A stretch of DNA of 64,000 bases from NCBI GenBank assembly GCA_964621165.1, contig CAZULC010000001.1:268281-332280 (forward strand), read 5' to 3'. Positions within the stretch are counted from its first letter, which is position 1; each line of letters opens with the position of its first letter. This DNA is from an uncultured Ruminococcus sp. (GTDB lineage: Bacteria > Bacillota > Clostridia > Oscillospirales > CAG-272). The position numbers were made by a program, and so were the translations under genes. The notes beneath the pieces are model-generated. The model saw nothing but the letters and a program-made list of their open reading frames with translations, was not told where the DNA came from and searched no databases. This document shows, piece by piece, positions 54,080 through 61,639 of this stretch.

Positions 54080-54406
54080 GATGGGAAACGAGGGGAGACG
54101 CGCTTCTTGAAAGAAGCTGTGCAAGAACTTTACTCCTCATTCTTTATCACGTTCAGTTGAGTAGGGGAACGGTCACTTCGTACAATTCTGCAGCTTAGCA
54201 GGGAGGAGTCCGGATAAGGTGGAGCGATCCAGGGGATGAGGACACAGTGGCTGACAGCAGTCAGGGACCGCCTTGTTGGAGATAGATTGCTATCTCCGGT
54301 ACACGTTCCCGACCCCTGCCTGCCCACGCCGGATTCAGATTGCGGGATGAAGCAGTGATAACGTTTTATTTACAGCAGTTATATCAGCGCGAGCGGAGTG
54401 CTTGCC
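54080..54406 (+). ncRNA. Family C structured intergenic element, copy c
   Basis: Outer stem GGGGAG(54092-54097)/CTCCTC(54133-54138) encloses GCTTCTT-GAA-AGAAGC. Hairpin GGAGATAG-ATTG-CTATCTCC is present. The 3' hairpin is TGATAAC..GTTATATCA. Confidence 0.5.
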
Positions 54407-54514
54407 GCGGAGAATATCAGGACGGATTACGATTCTGGAATATGGTTTGCAGTAGTTTCGCGAATCAGGACGGTGCCAGATTCTGCAATCCAGTGCGGAG
54501 TAGTGCAGCGATAC

Positions 54515-55453
54515 TTATACCGCGGCAAGCCACTGGGCGAACATTACTATGGGTGCAATTGTTACTGTGCAGAACAGGACTGACGAGCCTACGAGCTCAC
54601 TTGCGTATCCGGGGGAGATTTTATACATTTCGTCGAACATTGTGACCACCGCCGCGCAGGGCATTGCCGCCATTATTGTGCCGAAGACTATCATATATTC
54701 GGGGAGTCCCACGAGTTTTAATATACATGCGGTGAGGAGGGGCATTATTACGAGTTTTACTATATTTGTGTAGTAGACGTTTTTATTTTTAAGCATTATT
54801 TTCAGCGAGCGGCGGGAGAGGTTTGCTCCGGAGATTATCATTGATATGGGGGTGCAGATATTACTTAGATATGACGTGAGGTTGAGGAGGGGCTGGGGGA
54901 GGGGAAGGTGGAGAACGAACAGTGTTAAGCCTATGATGCAGGGCAGTGTGCCATAGTTGAGGATTATTTTCTTTGGTGTGATTTTTATGTCGTTGCGCTT
55001 TCTTGCTAAAATCATGATTCCCCATGTCCAGACGAAGAGGTGGAAGGACACGATATAGAACGCGCCATAGAAGAGGCCCTCTTCACCGAAGATTGAGTTT
55101 ACGATAGGGAAGCCGATGAAGCCGCAGTTTGCGAAGAACATTGAGTATTCGGAGAGCTTTTGTTCATCGAAGTCGCGGATGGGTCGGGCGAGGAGGAAAG
55201 CCACAGCCGCCATTGCCCCATGCATACAGAGGCCGAGAGCGAGAATTTTCAGTCCTGTTATTAGGTTTTCCCGGGTGTACTCTTGGGAAATGAGGGCGTT
55301 TATGATGAGAAAGGGCTGACCCAATTTTATGATTAGTGTGGAGAGGCGTTCGGTGGAAATTTCGTCTGTGATTTTCGTCTTACCCGTGATATAGCCTGCC
55401 AAAAGAAGCAGTGCGAGGGTGGCGACGGTTGATAATAGCTCGCTTGTCTGCAT
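54515..55453 (-). CDS. AEC (auxin efflux carrier) family transporter
   Basis: 312-aa polytopic membrane protein with the two-repeat AEC layout. It starts 4 nt after the stop of the amidase gene. Confidence 0.8.
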   Translation of the reverse strand: MQTSELLSTVATLALLLLAGYITGKTKITDEISTERLSTLIIKLGQPFLIINALISQEYTRENLITGLKILALGLCMHGAMAAVAFLLARPIRDFDEQKLSEYSMFFANCGFIGFPIVNSIFGEEGLFYGAFYIVSFHLFVWTWGIMILARKRNDIKITPKKIILNYGTLPCIIGLTLFVLHLPLPQPLLNLTSYLSNICTPISMIISGANLSRRSLKIMLKNKNVYYTNIVKLVIMPLLTACILKLVGLPEYMIVFGTIMAAMPCAAVVTMFDEMYKISPGYASELVGSSVLFCTVTIAPIVMFAQWLAAV

Positions 55454-55457
55454 GATG

Positions 55458-57392
55458 TTACCGTTTCAATGATATATCGTTTGATGTGGAGTTTTCGTGG
55501 GTATTGTCAGGGGAATCGTCATCTGTGTCGTAGTTTTCCGTGGAATCATCATCTGAGTCATATTCTTCCGTGGGTTCCTGCTCGAAGTGGGCGGCGTTAA
55601 GTCTCAGATGACGCTTTTTTGCCTTGGATTTGGCGTTGATTACCATTACGGCGCAGAGCACTATCTGAATCACTATAATCACTCCGGCCGCGATTGCAAC
55701 GGGGCTTGAGAAGAAGGGCGTTTTGACCTTATTCCCCGGGAGTTGGTCGGTGATATTGCCACAGAACTTACATATGTACTTTCCGGTCTGCTCGTCGTAG
55801 TCGTAGGAGTGGGGCGTTGCCTGATAGAGTGTGGTTTTCACATCGCCGCAGGCGGAGCATTTTTCCCTTTTGAATCCGTCCTCGGTGCAGGTGGGGTTGA
55901 CTTCCATCTGGGTCTCGTAGTTGTGGCCGACAGCGGGAATTTCCTCCGTATAGGTGCGGCCGCAGATTGAGCAGGTTTTTTCGGTGAGTCCGGTTTCGGT
56001 GCAGGTGGGAGGGGTGGTTTTCTCGGTGAAGTCGTGATCGCAGGTGGATAGTATTTCCTGTTTTTCTTTCCCACAAACAGTACAGGTGTAGAGGATGTAT
56101 CCGTCCTCCGCGTCGGTTGGCTCCACTCTTGACTGTTCGGTGTAGCTGTGGCCGATGGGTGGGATGGTTTCTTCTTCGGTTATGCCGCAGATTTTGCATT
56201 TTCTCACGGTTTTACCCGGATTTTCGCAGTCGGCTCCCGTCTGTTCGATGACTTCTAGGTCGTGAGGCTCGCCCGGGCGGATTTCTTCGATTTCATCCCC
56301 GCATCGGGTGCATTTCTGCCGCAGAACGCCGTCGTAGCCGTGACCGGGGTTTGTGTCCTCGATGATTGCGTATTTGTGACCATATGCAGGGACTGTTTCG
56401 GTATAGCCGTGGACGGTGCAGGGATATCCTTTGTCGTTGAGGTTATACGATATCTGGCAGATCCAGTTTATTGTTCCGTCCGTTGTGCAGGTGGCTTCGG
56501 TTTCACTTTCCTTGCGGTAGAAGTGGCCGTCGGGATTTGGCGCGAGGGTTATGGTGCCGGTTTTTGCTGAGCAGACCGTGCATCTGAACGAGGCCTGACC
56601 GTCGAGGGTGCAGTTTGAGGGGAAGTCCACTGTTCGCTCAGCTGGAAAGTCATGGGTGTGTCCGAAGTAATAATCTATAAGTGCGTCAGCTTCAGCACGG
56701 GCGATTTTTTTCAGGTTTTCGTCCTTGTCGATGATTTCCGCGTCGGACTCATTTGTGAGGTAGCCGTGTTCCACAATAATCGAGGGAATCCCGAACTTGG
56801 AACACCATGTATTTACGGAGTAGTAGTCGCTCTTCTGGCCGAGGGAGGTGTGGCTTGGCATGTCCCACTGTTTTTCGTCGTTCCAGTAGTAGACGCCCAG
56901 CTCGTCGCCCGTGTCCTCTATTTCCTTGATTTCGCCCTTTGCGATACCGACGGCTTTGTTTATATTGGTGAGGATTTTGTCCGATAAGGTGTAGGCCGAG
57001 AACTCGTCGACAACTGTAATATAGGCTTCAACGCCGTTTACGTAGTCCGCGTCGCTGCTGTTGCAGTGGAGTGAGAGGAAGAGATCGGCGTTATGCTCCT
57101 TTGCCACAAGCGCCCGGGGCAGGATTTTTGAGTAGCTGTCGTCTTCCCGGGTGAGAAAGACTTCAAACCGGCCGTCAGCGGTGAGGTAATCCCTTAGATA
57201 TCCGCTTATGAGCAGGTTATAGACTTTTTCGGTTCTTGCTCCGGTGTCAGTTCCCCCGTCAATTCCGCCGTGACCCGGGTCGAGGACCACAGTGATTTTA
57301 TCCCCGTTCATTGCGCGGGCCGGAAGAGTAACGGCTGAGGCGAGGCAGACAAGAAGCAGAAGAAGCGGTAGAATGCAGATATATTTTTTCAT
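55458..57392 (-). CDS. N-acetylmuramoyl-L-alanine amidase (Amidase_3) with Cys-rich repeats and a C-terminal membrane anchor
   Basis: Signal peptide, then ITVVLDPGHGGIDGG..LSLHCNS amidase_3 motifs. About eight C-x2-C-containing repeats follow, then TM helix VAIAAGVIIVIQIVLCAVMVI and an acidic tail. ATG 57392 (TTG alternative at 57395). Confidence 0.85.
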   Translation of the reverse strand: MKKYICILPLLLLLVCLASAVTLPARAMNGDKITVVLDPGHGGIDGGTDTGARTEKVYNLLISGYLRDYLTADGRFEVFLTREDDSYSKILPRALVAKEHNADLFLSLHCNSSDADYVNGVEAYITVVDEFSAYTLSDKILTNINKAVGIAKGEIKEIEDTGDELGVYYWNDEKQWDMPSHTSLGQKSDYYSVNTWCSKFGIPSIIVEHGYLTNESDAEIIDKDENLKKIARAEADALIDYYFGHTHDFPAERTVDFPSNCTLDGQASFRCTVCSAKTGTITLAPNPDGHFYRKESETEATCTTDGTINWICQISYNLNDKGYPCTVHGYTETVPAYGHKYAIIEDTNPGHGYDGVLRQKCTRCGDEIEEIRPGEPHDLEVIEQTGADCENPGKTVRKCKICGITEEETIPPIGHSYTEQSRVEPTDAEDGYILYTCTVCGKEKQEILSTCDHDFTEKTTPPTCTETGLTEKTCSICGRTYTEEIPAVGHNYETQMEVNPTCTEDGFKREKCSACGDVKTTLYQATPHSYDYDEQTGKYICKFCGNITDQLPGNKVKTPFFSSPVAIAAGVIIVIQIVLCAVMVINAKSKAKKRHLRLNAAHFEQEPTEEYDSDDDSTENYDTDDDSPDNTHENSTSNDISLKR

Positions 57393-57494
57393 CAATACAA
57401 TGAGTATTTCTAATTCTTTCAGAATTAATAATTCAACATTTCATAAAATTATATCATATCGTCGGGTGGAATGCAATATTTTCGGGAAAATTTC

Positions 57495-57550
57495 GCAAAA
57501 AAATAAAATCCGCCGTGGATGGTCTGAAAAATTCAGCATTCGGCGGATTT
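57495..57550 (-). terminator. Intrinsic terminator (minus strand) upstream of the amidase promoter region
   Basis: AAATCCGCCG (57506-57515) pairs with CGGCGGATTT (57541-57550). On the minus strand it is followed by TATTTTTTTGCG. Confidence 0.6.
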
Positions 57551-57681
57551 ATGGATAACCGCGTTAGGAAAGGAGGTGATTTGTTTGCGGTAGATCCCAA
57601 TGATAATTTTGCGCAGGTGCGGAACAATTGCACAGTACCCGGATGTGCGGCTCGCGTCTGCATGACTTCGGCTGAACATTG

Positions 57682-57786
57682 CATTATTGCACAAGTCCCA
57701 GTTGTATGGCTCATTATTGCACAAGTCCCAGTTGTACGGCTCATTATTGCACAAGTCCCAGTTGTACGGCTCATTATTGCACAAGC
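57682..57786. repeat. 30-bp perfect tandem repeat, 3.5 copies
   Basis: CATTATTGCACAAGTCCCAGTTGTA(T/C)GGCT is repeated from 57682. The only variation is one T/C. Confidence 0.9.
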
Positions 57787-57845
57787 TTCAGATTACACAG
57801 CCCCGTTTACAGCCCCGGTTTGCGGCACCTGCGTGAAGGAATGGC

Positions 57846-58064
57846 TCAGAACAGCTTTTTCAGGCCGTCAAGCGCGCTTCCGATTTTATCAAGGGAGACT
57901 TTGGCTTTGACTCCGTCCACTACCTTCTGAATCTGCTCTTCCGGAAGGTCAACACCAAGCAGCTCTTCAACTACCTTGACCGGTTCTTTCGCGAATCTGC
58001 TCTTGAGGTTCTCGTCGGTCGTGACTTTCTTTACGATTTCTTCGATTTTATCTTTGATTTCCAT
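57846..58064 (-). CDS. Small helical hypothetical protein (72 aa)
   Basis: MEIKDKIEEIVKKVTTDENLKSRFAKEPVKVVEELLGVDLPEEQIQKVVDGVKAKVSLDKIGSALDGLKKLF. AAAGGAA SD. The 139-aa track ORF is extended upstream through AT-rich non-coding sequence. Confidence 0.55.
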   Translation of the reverse strand: MEIKDKIEEIVKKVTTDENLKSRFAKEPVKVVEELLGVDLPEEQIQKVVDGVKAKVSLDKIGSALDGLKKLF

Positions 58065-58251
58065 TTTATATAATTCCTTTGTACAGTCTTTGCTTTTCGA
58101 TAATAATATTATATCACATAATTCCGCGAAAATCAAGAGTATGGGGAGAAAATCGGGTAATGAAACTTTATGAATTTTTTTTGATACAAAATACACGACG
58201 AAAATTGACTGACAGTTCACCATTTGTTTACAACAAAATGAAGCTTTCGAG

Positions 58252-58280
58252 TTGACTCCCTGCAAAAACTGTGCTATAAT
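58252..58280 (+). promoter_or_regulatory. Strong sigma-A type promoter of the Re-citrate-synthase-like gene
   Basis: -35 TTGACT, 17-nt spacer, extended -10 TGCTATAAT. Confidence 0.7.
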
Positions 58281-58333
58281 ATACCCATAAAATGGATTTA
58301 TTCCTGCAAAAATGAATTGAGCGATAATGAATT

Positions 58334-59764
58334 ATGCACAAAATTACCTTTGACGTAACCAATCCCGAGAAGTACCTGAACAATACGAAGGTTGAATATT
58401 CTCCCTCTACGCACCTGATCGAGCAGTCGGTGGACAAATATCCCCTGCAGGAGCGCACCGATCCCAACCTCTACCGCCAGCTTTTCGACTACGAGAGCGT
58501 GCCGAAGGTCTCCTTCAACCACCGGCTTGTGCCGACTCAGATGCCGGAGAAAATCAGAATCACCGACACAACGTTCCGGGACGGCCAGCAATCCATGCAC
58601 CCATTCACGGTTGAGCAGATTGTGGAGCTGTACAAAATGCTTCACCGTCTGGGCGGCAAAAACGGCATAATCAGCCAGTCGGAGTTCTTCGTCTACACGG
58701 AAAAGGACAGGGAAGCCCTTCTGAAATGCCTTGACCTTGGATACGAATTCCCTGAGGTTACAACGTGGATTCGGGCTTCAAAGGCGGATTTTGAGCTGGT
58801 GAAGTCCCTCGGCATCCGTGAAACCGGCGTTCTCGTCAGCTGCTCCGACTACCATATTTACAATAAAATGGGACTCACCCGCTCTCAGGCGATGGAGAAA
58901 TACCTTGGGGTCTGCGCGGACATTATGGACATGGGGATCTCGCCCCGCTGTCACTTCGAGGACATAACCCGGGCGGACTTCTACGGCTTCGTTATTCCAT
59001 TTGCTGAGGCCCTCGAGTGCCTGAGCGAGCAGTATGGTATACCGGTGAAAATACGTGCCTGCGACACAATGGGCTACGGCGTGACCTATCCCGGCGCGGC
59101 TCTCCCCCGTTCAGTTCCCGGAATCATCTACGGCCTGAACCACTACGCCGGAATCCCCTCGGAGAGGCTTGAGTGGCACGGACACAACGATTTTTACAAG
59201 GCGGTGGCGAACTCATCAACGGCGTGGCTCTACGGCTGTTCCGCAGTCAACTGCACCATGCTTGGAATCGGCGAGAGGTGCGGCAACACTCCCCTTGAGG
59301 CCATGGTGATGGAGTACGCTTCCTTAAGGGGTGACACCGACGGCATGGATCTCTCGGTCATCACGGAAATCGGCGAGTACTTTGAGCATGAAATCGGCTA
59401 CGAAATTCCCCCGCGGACTCCTTTTGTGGGTCGGGACTTCAACGTGACAAAAGCCGGAATCCATGCCGACGGACTCATGAAGGACGAGGAAATCTACAAC
59501 ATCTTCAACACACAGAAGCTGTTGAACCGTCCGGCTATGGTCTCCATAAATCAGCGCAGCGGACTTGCCGGAATCGCGTACTGGCTGAAAACCCGCAAGC
59601 CTGACGAGGAAGCCGTGCTGTTTGAAAAGAGGTCGGATTTGGTAGCCCGCATGAAGGAAAAAATAGATCGGGTATACGAGGACGGCCGCGACACAAACAT
59701 GTCCGACGAAGAAATGGTTGAGATTTACTTCGACTGCAAGCGGGAGACGGACGTGAATATATAG
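58334..59764 (+). CDS. HMGL-like homocitrate/isopropylmalate synthase family enzyme (probable Re-citrate synthase)
   Basis: ITDTTFRDGQQS and HGHNDFYKAVANS catalytic motifs. About 70 aa of N-terminal extension and no LeuA regulatory domain, as in clostridial Re-citrate synthases. Confidence 0.75.
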   Translation: MHKITFDVTNPEKYLNNTKVEYSPSTHLIEQSVDKYPLQERTDPNLYRQLFDYESVPKVSFNHRLVPTQMPEKIRITDTTFRDGQQSMHPFTVEQIVELYKMLHRLGGKNGIISQSEFFVYTEKDREALLKCLDLGYEFPEVTTWIRASKADFELVKSLGIRETGVLVSCSDYHIYNKMGLTRSQAMEKYLGVCADIMDMGISPRCHFEDITRADFYGFVIPFAEALECLSEQYGIPVKIRACDTMGYGVTYPGAALPRSVPGIIYGLNHYAGIPSERLEWHGHNDFYKAVANSSTAWLYGCSAVNCTMLGIGERCGNTPLEAMVMEYASLRGDTDGMDLSVITEIGEYFEHEIGYEIPPRTPFVGRDFNVTKAGIHADGLMKDEEIYNIFNTQKLLNRPAMVSINQRSGLAGIAYWLKTRKPDEEAVLFEKRSDLVARMKEKIDRVYEDGRDTNMSDEEMVEIYFDCKRETDVNI

Positions 59765-59887
59765 TGTAATTGTACAAAAGTTTTCTTTAAATTTGTGCAA
59801 TACCGTCATATTTCAGCTTGATGGACTGTCGTAAATGAAGTATAATATCCCTCGGTAAAGAGATTTTATTTTTACGCGGGGGACTTT

Positions 59888-61031
59888 ATGAACGTTGCGG
59901 GTCACAAAACAACGGCTTTGCTTTGAGTCCGGCTTCATCTTCACGGTCATGGCGGAGCTTTGGCGGGATTCTGACGTCGATCAGGGGCTTTGTCAGACGC
60001 AATCCAGTGCTTACATAACGGCGGCTCTGGCTGCATTCACATCGGTGACTGCTCCGCTGGACATCGCGTATCTCGGCTACTTCGACTACCGCACACTCAC
60101 CTGCCTGTTCTGCACCCTGTCGGTGATCTGCGCCCTGAAGGAAATCCGGTTCTTCTACGTCTGTGCGGAGAAAATCACATCATTCGCGAAAAATCTGCAG
60201 CTTGCCGCGGTGGTGCTGGTTTACATCACGTTTATCGGGTCAATGCTCAATACGATATGGCGCTGATTATGTTCCTGCCCCTCGGGTACATAGTCCTGAA
60301 ATGTACGCATACGAAAAAAGTACACGGCGTACGTCTTTATTCTCCAGAACATAGCGGCGAACCTCGGAGGCATGCTGACCCCATTCGGCAACCCGCAGAA
60401 TCTGTATCTGTACTCGTACTTCTCCATTCCAGCCGGTGAGTTTGTCACGGTGATGTTCCCGCCGTTTTTAGTCGCGGTGGCCCTGATAACCCTTGCCTGC
60501 TTTGCCCTTCCGAAGAAGCCGATGGAATTTTCCGAGGAGATTGAGAAGCTGCCCACGGCCCGGCTTGCGGCGTAACTCGTACTGTTTGCGGCGTCGATTC
60601 TCGATGTGTTTCGGGCGTGCCCCTACTGGATCGGGCCTATTGTCATCACGGCGGCACTTCTGGTTCTCTACAGGAAAGCCCTCGCCGAGGTTGACTACGG
60701 ACTCTTGTTCACCTTCGTGTGCTTCTTCATTTTCTCCGGCAACATGTCCCGTATTCCGGTGGTGTCCTCTTTCATGAATTACCTCGTGGGAGGCGGTGAG
60801 AGAGCGGCGCTGTTCTGCTCGGCCATGGCCTGCCAGGCGATTTCAAACGTACCCAGCACGATTCTCCTGTCGAAGTTTGTGTCAAGCTTGAAGCCCCTTC
60901 TCTACGGCGTGAACATCGGCGAATGCGGCACCATAATTTCATTCCTCGCCAGACTGATAACGTTCCGCACGTACATGTCCCACAAGAGCGAGTTCGGCGG
61001 TTCGGCAGTCTACATGGGACTTTCAGCGTGA
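59888..61031 (+). pseudogene. ArsB/NhaD-superfamily anion permease (YbiR-like), multiply disrupted
   Basis: Family motifs are spread over three frames (..YFDYRTLTCLFCTLSV.., NDMALIMFLPLG, ANLGGMLTPFGNPQNLYLYSYF, ..ACQAISNVPSTILL). Frameshifts lie near 60245 and the A6 run at 60313-60318. There is an in-frame TAA at 60573-60575. Confidence 0.7.
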
Positions 61032-61138
61032 TGAACTTTGGGTTCTTGGCTGTGCTGCTTGGCGTGTGCATGATTTTGGTATAAGTTATAAATTAAGCCT
61101 TGCTTGAATAAATTTTATTTGAGTGGGGCTTATTCTAT

Positions 61139-61462
61139 TGCGGGAGCTTGAGCTTGCCGTCGAGAGAGCTTTTCCGCTTTTGGCTGAAGAAATGACGAGA
61201 ACACCCGCGGGGGTTTCCCCGCTTCCTTCATTATTATATATAAGAATTTTTGCGGGAGCTTGAGCTTGCCGTCGAGAGAGCTTTTCCGCTTTCGGCTGAA
61301 TAAATGACGAGAACACCCGCGGGGGTTTCCCCGCTTCTTTCATTATTATATATAAGTATTTTTGCGGGAGCTTGAGCTTGTCGTCGAGGGATCTTTTCCG
61401 CTTTTGGCTGAAGAAATGACGAGAACACCCGCGGGGGTTTCCCCGCTTCTTATTATATATAG
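61139..61462 (+). repeat. Tandem array of Family A units (3 x 112 bp)
   Basis: TGCGGGAGCTTGAGCTTG(C/T)CGTCGAG..GACGAGAACACCCGCGGGGGTTTCCCCGC plus a 28-nt AT-rich spacer. Units start at 61139, 61251 and 61363. Confidence 0.85.
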
Positions 61463-61594
61463 GGATAAAATGGATGTGTTTGAAATATTTAATCTAATTT
61501 AAGAACGCGGAATCACATTTTGTTCAAAAAAAACTCTTGCTTTTTTTCTTATTTTATTATATGATATATACGTTGTAGATTGCTGTCGAATCGG

Positions 61595-61623
61595 TTGACA
61601 TTTTGTCTACAATTTAGTATATA
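61595..61623 (+). promoter_or_regulatory. Sigma-A type promoter of the activase gene
   Basis: -35 TTGACA, 17-nt spacer, -10 TATATA. The -35 is flanked by the inverted repeat TTGTAGA..TCTACAA. Confidence 0.55.
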
Positions 61624-61639
61624 AATAGTAGGGTTAAAC

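Noticed and set aside
54080-54406. Family C considered as a riboswitch or leader of the adjacent minus-strand genes. Prompts were cobalamin-like GCCACTG and GGTCCC strings on the minus strand, a B12-box-like AGTCAGGGACCGCC on the plus strand, and a ZTP-like CCGCCTGG in copy a.
   Set aside because: The resemblances are short and are not shared by all three copies. Other core motifs (GGGAA..GGTG..AATCC, or the ZTP 5' subdomain) are absent. The conserved G-U pairs indicate the + strand, which is divergent from the neighbouring genes in copies b and c, and copy a has no downstream minus-strand gene.
57454-57784. Minus-strand ORFs of 83-106 aa run across the 30-bp repeat (MSRTTGTCAI x3 and CNNEPYNWDL x3).
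   Set aside because: They are open only because a stop-free 30-bp unit is repeated. No SD precedes either start, one start is a TTG created by the repeat, and their tails run into the terminator hairpin and promoter region.
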